Positions 1-12,505 of a DNA stretch of 64,000 nucleotides are shown here, one piece after another. The position numbers and the translations under genes are program-made. Position 1 is the first letter of the stretch, and each line of letters begins with the position of its first letter. The notes under the pieces are model-generated. The model had not been told where the DNA came from. It made no database searches and saw nothing but the letters and a program-made list of their open reading frames with translations. The stretch is from Blasia pusilla (taxonomy: Eukaryota). The stretch is from assembly GCA_050084515.1 (NCBI GenBank), contig CM114271.1:22630001-22694000 (forward strand). The letters run 5' to 3'.

Positions 1-1119
1 TGCCCCTATCGCCCCGTTCGCCACGCTTCGCCATGCTTCGCTATGGAGAGAGGTCCAACCAGGGCGCCCCCAACGGGATAGGCATCTCCAACAATGAACA
101 AGTCACCAACCAACCAGCCCCTCTGATCCGTTGTCCACCATAGCCAGACCTTGAGCTAGTCCGCAAAATTTCGATCAGAAATTACTTCACAAATACGTGA
201 CCGAAATCAAATCTGTTTCGATCAAAATTCAATTGACCACCATTGCTATCTCCCCACAAAAACTCAGCTACAACCGAGCTCCGTACTCCGAGCTAAAAAT
301 CAGACAAACTTGCTGTCCATACACCTCTAGAACCGCAAATCCGACAGCGCTTCCGCCAAGTTTCATGCACGCAGAAATCCGCAACGCTCCACACACTCGA
401 GCACATAGCTTCACATGAGATCACAATACAAGTATCAATAGGAACCTCTCACCCGATCTGGATGAACTTCAACAGAGCTTCCGCAATCCAAGCTCTCCAC
501 ATCAGAAAACTATCGAACACGAACCAGAATCTTCAATGCTTGATAACTTCCAACTCCCTTGACGAAATCCGCGATCTACAACAGCGTTGAAAGCTCTCAG
601 CAAGGCGCTTCTTTCCCAACCAACAACGCACCTGATTCACACCTCCAACATAGGCAACAAGCCCCGAACATCCACGGCTGAGTACACAATCAGCCCTAAC
701 CAGATCCTACTGATCTACAATCGAAGCTACCATCGATCTACTCCTGTTCTTTGAGTGAAATCCGTGAAAGACCTACTATCATAAAACACGTTTACAATCA
801 CATACAATCGAGCCAAACCCACTCCACGATGGGAGAATCTAGGTAGAAGCTTGCGGGAAACACCATAGCCAAGAGCTCTACTCACTACCAAGGCTAACTC
901 CCAACGCGAAGGCTCAACTCAAAGAATGATTGTTCTTTGAGTGCACTCCACCTTATATCCTCCAACCTAAGAGTGGGCCCCTATCGGGAAACTCACCCCA
1001 ACCGAGTAAGCCCCCAACCTGTATGGAACCGCATCTCTACCAAGCCACTACGGTCCTACATAAGGAATGTCCTCTACTAGCACACTATACTCTATGACAT
1101 AATCCGTATGGTCATGACA
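1..1119. repeat. Probable LTR-like segment of an unrelated element, ending ...GGTCATGACA where it abuts a PHD remnant
   Basis: No credible ORF. The CA terminus at 1118-1119 is followed at once by a truncated PHD-coding tail, suggesting an insertion junction. The other end is not visible. Confidence 0.35.
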
Positions 1120-1410
1120 GTGATCCCCCCTCTTGATGTGGTTCCCACGGGACGATGGATGTGTCCGAGATGTGTATAGGGTAGTAGGTCATGTCAGAGA
1201 GATGTGATATTTTCTATCTGGAGTTGGGGGGGATCCAACTGCCAACTAGGGGGGCGGTTGTGTGATCTCCATGTATATGTATGAGTTGATTTTTGTACAT
1301 GTGTGGATCGACCCGTGTGAGGGAAGATCGGTGTTGTGTGGTGTAGATGTGATCAGCGATGTATATTATGTAGCGATAGGTATGCGCACGACACCTATGA
1401 CATATCCACG
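1120..1410 (+). mobile_element. 3' end remnant of the MTase-Gypsy family (PHD tail, polypurine tract, downstream terminal sequence)
   Basis: About 1126-1179 translates PPLDVVPTGRWMCPRCV*, matching PPITIPRGGWMCPRCT* at the end of ORF 11389-11613. CCAACTAGGGGGGCGG near 1242 matches about 11787. Downstream GTAGCGATAGGTATGCGCACGACAC resembles 11915-11930 and 12590-12615. Confidence 0.75.
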
Positions 1411-1414
1411 GAGA

Positions 1415-1669
1415 TAGATAAAAAAAATGTGGGATCCACACTTATTGTTCATGATGGTAGGCACGACAAGGGTAAATGGGGTAATAAGGAGGGAGGGAGT
1501 GGAGGTGAAGGAAGGAAGAAACATTGGGTATGGAACACAAAGGCAAGTGGGAGGAATGAGAAAGAAGGGGAAGGTGAAACTCACATGGACAAGTCTTTCC
1601 ATAGGACGGACGTAAGTCCATGGACATTAATATGTCCGTAGACACGGACTTTGTCTGCATGCAATCTTG
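1415..1669 (-). mobile_element. Truncated hAT-type MITE, same family as 9336-9656 and 10356-10672
   Basis: Reverse-complement homology to 10356-10610. One TIR (TGCAATCTTG, 1660-1669) is retained. Confidence 0.8.
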
Positions 1670-1726
1670 GAGATTAGCCATGGTTTGGATCAACCAACCA
1701 TGCATCTCCCGAGTCTTCTTGATAAC

Positions 1727-1798
1727 TTAATCGATTTAGTTGGATCATATCACTTCAAAATATGAGCATATAGTAAAACCTTCTTCAATGCTTGAAAT
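1727..1798 (-). mobile_element. Short Gypsy pol fragment (RT/RNase H junction)
   Basis: Closely similar to 24719-24790 (TTAATCGATTTAGTTGGATCAT...). Confidence 0.65.
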
Positions 1799-1899
1799 AT
1801 AGAGTTGTTGTGTAGTGAAATGATCCACTATGTATATTCCACTCTTATTAGTGTTAGAGAGAGTTTTATGAATATTAAGTAAATTAGTTTAAAAAAATA

Positions 1900-2560
1900 A
1901 TTTTTCATGTTCAAACCTCTTTATGATGCCTCATTTATGCAAGCCTAACTTTAGGAAAAGAGGTAATAAATGAGACATGGAAAAAAAAAGTGAAATAGTG
2001 GATTAGTATATTAATGAAAATAAAGCTAAAGTATGTTTGGTTGGTGAGGAAATCAATGCTAGGGTAGTTGGGATAGTTTGGAGGATATTAAGTTGGTTTA
2101 TGAATATTTTTTAAGAGGAGATAAAAAGTAATCTACTTGTGTCAAAATGAAATTGGATTAGCCTTGAGAGGTAGCCACGTGGCACAATATAAGATTTGTT
2201 CTATTTTGTACTCTTTTGAGTCTATAAAGAGAAGGGACCTTCCACAGTTCATAATCTTAAACTTCATTTCTCAAATTTCTCTTGTCTCTCAAGAGTGGAT
2301 TTTTTTCTCTTGGGAGAGTGACTTGGCCACAATGTATTCTTCGAGAGTTTTGAGTGTCTGATATGTGTGGAGATGATTATTTGGATAGACTTATTATCTT
2401 AGAAGAGTTCCCTTTGTCATTCTATGGATAATGGATGGATTTAGGCTTGTTACTTTTCCAATAAGTGGATTATCCCTCTTGGGAGAGCAACTCCACCATA
2501 ACCCTTTCTTGAGGAGGGTAGAGGATGTTTGTCAATTATGGATAAGGATGGAGTGCAAAC
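1900..2560 (+). repeat. Degenerate LTR-like sequence related to the chromovirus LTR at about 21090-21819
   Basis: About 2150-2210 (GCCACGTGGCACAATATAAGATT) resembles the reverse complement of about 21400-21460. Boundaries are approximate. Confidence 0.4.
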
Positions 2561-3739
2561 CGTGCCTAATTTCTCGTTTCTTAATCCATACCACGTAAAG
2601 ATTCTATTCGTAGATAGATATTGGTTTACTCGTTATCTAGTCTATCACTTTGGAGAGGTATTCATGAATCACATCATGCAATTATCAACTCTGATGATAT
2701 TTCCTATTGTCACGTATAAAAGGACTTGGGATTGTATCTTTTTACGTCCTTATTTAGTAATCTATGGATTTAAATATGCTTGCTCGAGTAGGGTTCAACG
2801 CTAGTTGTGCCATTTTTCTTATGTATAAGCGTATAATAGTTTAGAGAGACTTCATGGTTGGGAATATGGGGGTTAGATGTTATGAATAAGTGATCGTCTT
2901 GGCACTATCATTTTTTACTCCTATTGTGAGAGAATGGAGAGTGTATATAGTGATTCTATACTAGGAAAATTATTTGAGAATTCAATCTTGCATCAACTAC
3001 TATTGTAACTTAAAGGTTTGGCTTTTCTTGAAGAAATCTCTTGACACGACAACGTGGTTTTTTTATAGAGGAGGATATGCCGTTGAGTGCCGCTTCCCAT
3101 TCTTGAGTATCATGCCATTTGTAGTCGTTTCGTGCTTATTTGAGTATCTTCAGTACCAGATGCATATAACTTGTTGATTGGAGGAATTTTCTTCATGACC
3201 AAGTTGGGGTTGAGTATGCAGTTGTTGAGGAGAAACACCGATATTTCTTCAGGTTATCCATTCTAGTCTTTTGGCCTTCACACGTGAGGGAATTCCAGGT
3301 ATAGGGTAGTTATTGGAGATATTAGGATTTTGTGCGGATACTGAGAGCATCATTGACATGTGTGTTAGGGGACATAGACCTGTCTGGGATATACAAAGTT
3401 GAGGGTATATTTTCAATGAGAGGATAGGACAATAGTTGATTTTCCGCACCACGTCGCTTATTGCCACACAATACATGTCTCAATGGAGGTTGAGTGCCGC
3501 ATGTTTAGTCTAAGTGATTGAGGGATTACTCGCCAGATTAAGAGTGATCGGGTGAGAAGGGCACAAGGGTCATCACACCGTCATTTCGAGACTTTGAGAG
3601 GCAAGATGGTGGACTTGAGAGTACCTCTAGAGGATTCACGAGGAGTGCCGCGAGGTTTCAAGGATCATCGTGTGAGGGGCTATCTCCACCTCTTTCGGTA
3701 GTGTACTGACGAAAGAGAGGATATAGATGATTTTTTAAT

Positions 3740-5100
3740 ACATCACCTTACACATTGAGTGGTCATACTACCTGGGCGATGGTGGGCCAAGGTTAAGGAC
3801 AACATAGATTTTTGGGAGGCGTGGATACAATAGAGTTGCACGACTTTATCATAGAGTTTAGGAGTTGGTGCGACTCCAAGAGGACTAGGAATTCTAGAGA
3901 GTTCAACTCGATCACAACATGAAACAAAATGTCCTAGCACTTACACGAGACATCCTTGGATGATTACCTTGAGTTTTCCCAAAGGTATGCATATGAGATT
4001 AAGGCATGGAGACTCTACTATGATCCATATTACGTGTCATGGACTGAGTCATTTCCAGATGACAAGGAGGAGCTAGGAGAGGCTATTTTCTCTGCCACTG
4101 GTAAGATTTTGGGAGGGATTAGTCAGATTGGAGCAATTGCATTGTCTTGTAGGGTTTTTCCTAGGTTGAACCCCATGGTTGAGTTCTTAAGGAACTAGCA
4201 AGGGGTTTGGACTGAGAAGTTGCGGAGCATCCATGATTTCCATAGGCACATGTGAGAGAGTTTGTGTGAGGCATGTACTCACTTGCATTGGTTGATTAGT
4301 ATTCCTTAGAGGATGATAGAGGCCTAGATTGTCTAGACATGGTACATTATGTTGGAATGAGACCTACGGAGATGGGTGAGGGATGCGATACTTCACCTAC
4401 GTTGAGAGATGTTTTTGAGATGTCGGAGTGCATTGAGCATAACATGGTTGAGGAGAGTGTAGTAGCCATGAGTCACACGAACAAGCAGTCACAATTTTGT
4501 GCATCATCAATGCAACGATGTGGATTTTGGGAGAGTGTGGCACCACCAGCTCAAGGAGGTTATCGTGAGCATATGCCATATAGACCTATGTCATTATATG
4601 CAGCCCAGCAACAGCCGCCATGACTTATTTGTTGGGCTAGTGGTGGAGCCCGTTGCTAGAAGAATTGAACCCGTCAACATAATGGACGTGTGCCGCAGCT
4701 TGGAGGAGGAGATGGGCCCGCATCGGAGTCTACCAGTGTGACCATTATCAGTGGTATGGTCATAGCATAGCAGCCAACCAAAAAAGCTCGGCGTAATGGC
4801 CGGACCAATTTGATTTTTTTCGAAAGCATGCGCTTATATTTCCTCTTATATCCTGAGTTGCGAGCGGACCGAGGGCTAGAGAGGGCACCACAAGGAGTTG
4901 GCGGTGAGCATGGACCTAGAGGTCATGCGCGAGGTGGTCCTGTGGGGGGAAAAGGAGTTGGATTTTCCCAAGGGGTTGGTGGATATGCCGGTGGAGGAGG
5001 TAGAGGTCCACCACCTACACGTGTCGAGGGAGACACAGGGCATGAGGCTGGGGTGGCTATTCAAATAGAGCAATTTTGTTAGTAGATTATCGCGATGGCA
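3740..5100 (+). pseudogene. Gag remnant of copy A
   Basis: ORF pieces MDDYLEFSQRYAYEIKAWRLYYDP and SPTLRDVFEMSECIEHNM match copies B and C. Gly/Arg-rich tail. Confidence 0.75.
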
Positions 5101-5399
5101 TTGCAATTTCCTGATATCGGATCAGTGGTATTGACGTCTCATGGAGCACTAGAGAATGTTCTGGGGACGGCCACTGCCATGTATCCCATCCCATGGTTTT
5201 TTGCTTTCGATGTTACAACGTTGGGAGGTATGCCCGCCGAGCTTTTTTGATTGGCTGCTATGCTATGTGAGCATGGATTTTGTGTTAGTGCCTCATATTC
5301 AGAGGTGGTTGGAGAGGAGGTAGTGGACTTGCCCTTGGAGCCTATGCTTGGGCTGTCCACCTCAGATTCATGGCAAGTTGCGGTTGCTAGGATGGTGGA

Positions 5400-7130
5400 G
5401 ATGCTCGCTAGACTCGCGATAGAGTGTACCATGGTTTCTCTTTGTGTTTTATTAGATAACTTGAGTGAGGTTTTTCATTTGGTGAGTCAAGGAGGTAGAG
5501 TGTTTTTTCCGCAACGCATCTTGTTGGATTCAAGAGCGCAACATCCCTCATGTTAGGGTAAGGGGCATTTACAAGAATGTGCTTGTCGAGGGCTGATATT
5601 GAGCATTTCCCATTCAGAATATAGACATCCTTGGATGGAGCAAGAACGACATAATTTATCATCCAACATGAGGTTGTGGGAAGGATTCTCCCAAGACATC
5701 TGTCAGATGAGTCCAAGCCGAAGCGATAGTAACCGATACTGAGTCCTCTAACGTCTTGGATGGAGGATCCATGTTGTATCCGATGGGGTTTCCCCTAGAT
5801 TATTGGGAAGAGTCAACATTGTGATATACACCTTTCTTAAGTTGTAGAGATTTTAGATGAGTTTAGATACCTCTCGACAATAATTCCCTTAGTTAGAAGA
5901 TATTTCACTTAGGTTTAAAAGTAGGGAATACCTATTAGGAAAGGAGGATAAAATAGAAGCTATTTGAAACTAGGAACATTCCATTATGGGACCCCTTAAA
6001 TCATTAGGAATTAATTATAAGTTAGAGGGATCACGAGTTTACTTAAGAGTTCCTACTTTTGACAGTTACATGACAGTTTTTAAGGAAGATATTAATCCGG
6101 TGAACGCTGCAGAAGTTAAACAGTTAGTCACTTCGGGAAGAAGTTAAACAGAATTACAATTAAGAGTATAAGCTTTCGACCCCTTGAAACCCTGATCCAG
6201 AAGTCAAAAAAAGTGTCTTTTTCCCCTTAGCAGGACGGGGAGCTCTTGTGATAGAAGACTCTCACCTTTAGAGATCGACCATGGAAGAAAGAAACTGACC
6301 CATTCCATAGAATTAATGCTCGTCGCTCTTCTTGGAATGAAGAATTATTACTCGTTGAACTCCAGAATCAGTCTCATTTATTACTGATGGCTTCGAGGAT
6401 GGAATTAGAGACAGACAACAATATCTTATGACAGGAGTAAAGAGCAGATGTATTAATTGAGAAACATTTCTCCCTTCATCTCTGTTTCGAATGAGTTTGG
6501 CAGATAGAGAGATCATATGTCTCACGGCAGTCTCTTCTTCTGATAAAGAATACTTATGTACTCCCCTGTCTCTGGAATTTAGCATTTCCTTCGATTTAAT
6601 TCTATATGAGGAGAAGTTCAACTCCTTATAACTAAAATCATGTTTAGATATACACGTTAAACACTCAGTCTGGTGCTGTTGTTAAATTCACCTTATGCTT
6701 TGTTGATGCATAGACTACACATAATCAACTCAAAATCTTTAAATATAATTTCTAATCCATATCCTATTCTGAAAAGGAACGAATTCAGACCAATTGATAC
6801 TTCTTATTGAACTCTCAATAGACCGCAGTTACTACAAACATCCTATAGACCAAGATGATAGTTTGGTGATGGACAACTTAGCTCATTACCTGTTTGATTC
6901 ACGGGTGGAGTGATTGAGCGACAACCAAGAGAGATGGCAACGTTAGCAACATTTCTCACTTGGCTTATTGATTTGATCAAGGGGCATATCCATGCAAGGG
7001 ACACACCCGTGCCAGATACTTCTATGGAGAGGGGTGTTATGATAGCCGCATCAATCCATGGAGGAGAGGTGCCGCTGTGGGGCTCTAGTGAGAATCTTCG
7101 ACGCTTGGCTGATGAGCACGTGCAGATACT
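5400..7130 (+). pseudogene. Aspartic protease region of copy A, split by a solo LTR
   Basis: VLLDNLSEVFHLVSQGGRVFFPQRILLDSRAQ (DSG-type site decayed to DSR). Homology resumes after 6841. Confidence 0.75.
5820..6836. mobile_element. Solo LTR (1017 bp) of an unrelated retrotransposon
   Basis: TGT...ACA termini with a perfect 5-bp TSD AACAT (5815-5819 and 6837-6841). Removing it restores alignment to copy C 58470-58500. Confidence 0.9.
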
Positions 7131-7219
7131 ATAGAGCAAGATGTTTGCACTAGAGCATGATGGGTCAAAAGAACTAGAGGTAACCACAATTGCTACTATA
7201 ACACCCTTCGACACTACAC

Positions 7220-8160
7220 CAATTGTGTGGCGTATCCCAGAGGAGGGTATCCAGGTGTTGGATCTCTTTGGAGGGAGCAACATTGGGTTGGCTCTTATTT
7301 TGCAAGCAGGAGTGCATGTGCAATAGTATCTATATATGGATCTTGATGAGGTTGTGAGGTGCATCTCACTCCAACATGTGGTGCAGTTACGCCTCCGTTT
7401 TCCCGACTTATTGTCTATGTTGGTTATATAGGGGTACTAGAGTTCCCTATCAAGGGATATTTCTTTGTTGGGGGCGCAAGACTTGGAGCGAGTAGGGACC
7501 ATTGATTTGGTTACTTCTGGTTGGTCATATAAGGGCGAGTTGAGTGTTGGACGAGGTAGCGGGTTGGTGGACACTCGGTCCATGTTGTTTAGGGAGATGA
7601 TTAGGATTTTGCAACACTTGCAAGAACATCACTCTTCTTCTTTAGCGTATATTGGAGACTGTACTGATCTTGGGTACTTTAGGTCATAGGTGGTGATGAG
7701 TGCACATTAAGTGCTTGCTTGGACTGGCCGAGTAATGTTTTTGGATGCGATGAGTGTAGATTCATGAGCACATAGCCCACATTTATGGTGGATCAACTTG
7801 GTGCCATATAAGGTGTTACGGAGGGCGTATGCAAGACTAGATTAGCCCTCCCATTTGTTGGTCGATTCTATTTTGGATCATGGTCATCAATCACAGGTAG
7901 TGAGACACAATGATCGACCTCCGTTGATTGTGATCATTAGGATTTGTGAGTTTTTCTGCTTCCTATGTGTATAAGGAGGCCGTTTTTGGCTTGGTTTGGG
8001 AGGATCATGCACATCGGTTGGTGGAGCCTAACATTGATGAGCGAGAGCGGATGATGGGATATCCCACAGGAGTGGCGGCTCTACCGTCACTATCATAGGC
8101 ATCCCAACGGCATGTCCTCAGTCAGGCAATGGACCTAAACTGCTTGACATGGTTCATCAT
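7220..8160 (+). pseudogene. C5 cytosine DNA methyltransferase domain (Dnmt3-like) of copy A, degenerate
   Basis: Motif I IQVLDLFGG. Motif IV decayed to DLVTSGWSYKG. Motif VIII region LWWIN. Motif IX DERERMMGYP near 8035-8065. Motif X SQAMDLNCLTW near 8120-8152. Confidence 0.85.
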
Positions 8161-8506
8161 CTTAGAAGAAGTTGAGCAACCTTGGATGAGGTTGTGACAG
8201 ATCATAGCTATTGTGTTGATGAGCCCCATGCTTATTGAGATGGTTCATGCAATGGCTAAGGGCGAGATCCAAGGAGATCGACATATCAGAGGTGATCAAG
8301 AGAGATACCCTTGGACTTCTTGGGATGTGTTGCAAGTACGTCGTAAGATGGCAGCCACATCATTGAGCGTGGTTTATGGTCCTGCATACGGAGGAGATAA
8401 GAGTTTGGAGTTTCCTTTCGAGGAGAAATTGAGTTTTGTTGATCGAGATGGGGTTGCACCATAAGAACCACGGATACTCGCGCCTAAGAGTCTTAGAGTA
8501 GTCAGG

Positions 8507-9250
8507 ATGGAGACTTGGGAGCCAAACATGGGCCCTAATTTGACAAGAGGAGAGCGGCGAAGGATATATCAGTTCATTAGGAATCATAGGAGTTATTTTG
8601 CATTTAGCATGCATGATTTGGGTACGCTCAAGGGTCTAGGGATCCACATTGAGTTGTCTATCGACACGCCGATCTTCCGACAACCCTACATGTACAATGA
8701 GATGGAGAGGGCCCTGATTTAGGGCAGGAGCCAGGACTTGGTTGGAGCAAGACTAGTGGAGATATCGCATGAAGAGTATGCATGTGCCACTATTATGCCC
8801 GCCAAGTAGGATGTGCATGGAAATTGGACAGATAGACAGATGTGTGGAGACTATCGACCTATCAATCAGCAGACGAAGTACGATAGCTATGCCATACTCT
8901 CTCCTAAGGAGTTGTTTCATGCTCTTGGGCATAAGGTCTTTAGTTTATTGGATCTTTGAGTTAGATACCATCAATGGCCTATCAGATTGGAGGCGAGATA
9001 CAAGACGATATTTTGGGCCATCGATCCTCATAGGAAGGATTGTTTGTATCAGTGGTGGTTCTTACCATTTGGGTTAAAGAATGCCACGGCAAAGTTTCTG
9101 AGGCTTATGGATAGAATCTTGGCACGTTTTGATTTTGCAAGATGTTACATTGATGGCATTGTAGTCTTTAGCACCATAATTGGGGAGCATGAGCGACATC
9201 TGGAGGAAGTTTTTCGATAATTGCAATTACATGGGTTGAAGCTATATCCA
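8507..9250 (+). pseudogene. Reverse transcriptase remnant of copy A
   Basis: RxMCGDYRPIN, FLPFGLKNA and YIDG (from YIDD). Near 9250 the sequence jumps directly to the end of RNase H (LLLxEYDFQVVHRPG), so RNase H is deleted. Confidence 0.85.
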
Positions 9251-9335
9251 TGCTCTATTGTTGTAGGAGTATGATTTCCAAGTGGTACATCGACCTGGGA
9301 CGCTCAACTAGGATGTAGATAGATTGAGTTATAAC

Positions 9336-9656
9336 CAAGGTTGCATGTGGTAAAAGTCCATGTCCGTGGACATGTAATTTGTCGATCCTATGGAAGGACT
9401 TATCCATATGGGCCCCACCTTTCCCTTATTTCTCATTTGCTTTACTTGCCTTTGTGTTCCATACTTGGGGGAGTATGGAACACAAACACATTTTTTCCTC
9501 CCTCCTCCCTCATTGCTCCTTTCATCCTTGCCTTGCCTTCCATCATGGACTAAAAGTGTGGAACCCACCTCTTGGAACCCATGTCCATGGACATATCCAA
9601 ACTTATTTGTCCATGTCCATTCTAAGGAAGGATTTGTCCGTTTTTGTGCAACCATG
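9336..9656 (+). mobile_element. hAT-type MITE (321 bp)
   Basis: TIRs CAAGGTTGCA / TGCAACCATG. 8-bp TSD GTTATAAC / GTCGTAAC, differing only at a CpG. Interrupts the Gypsy pol. Confidence 0.88.
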
Positions 9657-9879
9657 GTCGTAACCGATGCCCGAGTCAACGAGATGCAACCGAAACTCAA
9701 TGGCATGGGCATAATGATGAGGAGTTCCTGGATGGCACATATCAGCCTACTGGGGCTTGTTGGCCATGGAGAGTTACAATGTTGAGACTTCGAAGGCGAG
9801 ATCTGATGGAGAGTCCTTGGATCCAAAGGTCGGTGAATAGGCGACACGTGGTCGAGATATCCATGAGGATGGAATAGTC

Positions 9880-11390
9880 TTGGAGTACCTGTGTACAAGC
9901 AACATCGCAAGCATAGTGGATGCTAGAAAGCAGGATTAGATCCTACAATTGGCCATATTTTTTTGGTAGGAGGAAACACATGTATTACAAGTTTGGTAGG
10001 ATGGAAGAGTATGCGTAATACAGAATCCTTCACAAAGAGCACGTTTGGTGCAATATGCCCACGAGGAGTTGGGTCATTTTGGAGTGAAGCGGACGTACAA
10101 CTTGCTCCAGATACACTATTGGTGGCGAGGCATGCAAACTGATGTGGAGCAGTTTGTTGTCATGTGCATGGTGTATGACTGGATTTGAGCACCGTTTAAT
10201 GCTCTGAATCCACATTTGCATCCACTACCAATCATAGATTTAGGTTAAAGATGGAATTTGGATTTTGGAGGACCTTTACCTTTGACGGAGCACCATACTT
10301 GTTTTGTGTTGGTGATGGTCAAGCATTTCTTGAAGTTGATAGAGTTGTTGGCATTCAAGGTTGCATGTGGCCAAAGTCCGTGTTCGTGGACATGTCCATT
10401 TCCGTGGACTTATGTTGGTCTTATGGAAGAACTTGTCCGTATGGGCCCCACCTTTCCCTTCTTTCTCATTACCCTCACTTGCCTTCATGTTCCATACTCC
10501 CCATTTCTTCCTCTCTCCACCTCCACTCCCTCCTACCTCATTGCTCCTCTCATCCTTGCCTTGCCTTCCATCATGTACTAAAATTATGGGTCCCACCTCT
10601 CGGAATCCATGTCCACACTTGTTCCTCCATGTCTGTCCTAAGGAAGGACTTGTCCATTTTTTTGCAACCATGTTGGCAGTTCCTGACAAAGGGATTGAGG
10701 GAGTAGCGTACACCTTCCTAGATTGAGTGTTGAGTCATTATGGCGTACCAGTTGAGGCGTTAACAAACCAAGATATAAAGTTTCGCGAGGAGTTTTTGGC
10801 CTTGTATGATTAGGCGTTGATTGAGCATCGCACCACTTCACGAGATGATCTTGAGGCGGATGGACTAGCAAAGAGGGTTGTGCAGATGGAGAAGAGAAGT
10901 TTACATATGTGTGGTTTCACCTAGGAGATTGGGATCGCCAGTTGCCATGGTTGGCAATCGGTTACAAATTTTGTAGGCAAATATCTTGAGCATCTTTCTC
11001 ACCACTTTTGTTGCTTTATGCTTGATTTACTTGCGGCTATTTGTCAAGATGTTGGTGAGGTGTGAACCTAGATGACCTTCATATATGGATGCGGGCATAT
11101 TCTCACACATTTAGAGGGCTGAGTTGTTTTAGAGAGTGATGCCCATGACATTTGAGAACTTGGCAATTGTGGTGCATCGAGATACATTGAGGTATGAGAT
11201 TATGCAGGGAGGTGTTTATCAATCGACTATTCAGAGGCATCAGGGAGGCTATGTCTACTTACAATAGATGGCACCTTCGACATTGGATGTGACCAAAATG
11301 CGCACTATTTTGAGAGCGCGTGATGTTTTCCCTTTTGATGTTCTCTTATTGGAGGGATGCAAAGGTAAGTGGTATTTGAAAGGACCGTGT
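9880..11390 (+). pseudogene. Integrase remnant of copy A
   Basis: AHEELGHFG zinc-binding region, DFGGPLP, HRTTSRDDLEADG and LPWLA. Colinear with the copy B integrase. Confidence 0.8.
10356..10672 (+). mobile_element. hAT-type MITE (317 bp)
   Basis: TIRs CAAGGTTGCA / TGCAACCATG. 8-bp TSD TTGGCATT / TTGGCAGT. Inserted in the integrase. Confidence 0.9.
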
Positions 11391-11469
11391 GCATAATTGT
11401 GCGCCATGTCACCTTCCTAACATTGACAAGACACTTTATCCGAGCTTGGCAGTAGTTCTTGCAAGCTTG

Positions 11470-11613
11470 CGTTGTGTGTTGTGTGATTCTGCCCGTGGTG
11501 CAACCATTATGCTAGTTTGTGATGGATGTTCGAGAGCATGCCATATGGCATGCTTGATGCCACCTCCCATTACAATTCCTCGAGGCGGATGGATGTGCCC
11601 CAGATGTACATAA
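11470..11613 (+). pseudogene. PHD finger (C4HC3) at the C-terminus of the copy A polyprotein
   Basis: CVLC...MLVCDGCSRACHMACLMPP...WMCPRC*, with all eight ligands and the conserved Trp. Confidence 0.88.
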
Positions 11614-11940
11614 AGTAGGTACTATGTAGTTATAGATTATCACTTGTGTTTGTGTCATGGATGATAAGAAGGCAACTAACGATGGGGCCACATAAGCACT
11701 AGGCCTTTTTTTATCTTACCGTCCTAGAGATGTATGTCATGGTAGGTAGGGATAGATGGCTATCTCGAGTTAAACGGACCTAACCACCAACTAGGGGGCG
11801 ATTGGAGATATTTTCGTTCATGATCTTCTTGATGTTTGGATGGGATCTTGTGTGTGTGTTAGCATGGGATCTTGTGTGTGTGTGTGTCTATTCGGTGGAA
11901 ACGATGTATGGTGTGTAGCGATGTGTATGGGTACAAAAGT

Positions 11941-12371
11941 TGTCACGTATTTTAGGATAGATCGGTAAGATCTAGTAGAGCTCCTTCAAGGATAGTGGAG
12001 GACAGTCTTGAGAGGTCACAAGGTGACTTCTTGAGACTATAGGTATTTTGAGAGAGCAGGTTTTCCCTTCATTTCGGCTCATTTGGAGCTATATAGATAA
12101 ACTTACTATTTTGTGTCAGTTACTATTTTCAATATCATTGAATTTCTACTTTAGGAAGTAATCCTTGACCTCCTACATTAGATCAAGAGCCAAGGAGGTG
12201 ACTTGCGAGCATAGGTTACCGTGGAGAGAGCTTGGGAGAAGGAAGGGGCTTTGAAACTCATTCTCTCGTTGTTGAACCTCTTGGCATGAGGCGGCCGATC
12301 CGTAGATATGGTCCTCCTTGCCTTGTTTCTGTAACCCAAACCTCTCATTATAAGAATGAGTTTGGTTTGAC

Positions 12372-12459
<88 letters not shown>

Positions 12460-12505
12460 TGTGCACCATGGAGAGGCATTGTGTTAAGAGAGACACTTGA
12501 TTTAT
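11941..12505 (+). repeat. LTR-like repeat homologous to 54131-54684, containing (GA)n
   Basis: Starts TGTCAC. TAGGATAGATCGGTAAGATCTAGTAGAGC and CCTCCTACATTAGATCAAGAGCCAAGGAGG are shared with 54147-54400. Confidence 0.7.
12374..12457 (+). repeat. (GA)n microsatellite, about 42 units
   Basis: Directly visible. Confidence 0.97.

Larger units (their letters stand above)
3150..11940 (+). mobile_element. Ty3/Gypsy retrotransposon copy A (Gag-PR-C5 MTase-RT-[RNase H deleted]-INT-PHD), decayed, with nested insertions
   Basis: Colinear with 55790-61845 from the 5' leader onward (3226 GAGGAGAAACACCG... vs 55847 GAGGAGCGACATCG...). Domain motifs are listed in the sub-features. PPT-like ACTAGGGGGCG near 11790. 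Confidence 0.92.

Noticed and set aside
61-72. Minus-strand TGGGGGCGCCCT as a PBS for the 1-1119 segment
   Set aside because: Not preceded by a CA LTR terminus, and the window edge prevents confirmation.
9329-10726. Several overlapping 100-190 aa ORFs
   Set aside because: They fall on the two MITEs and flanking pol. No protein motifs of their own.
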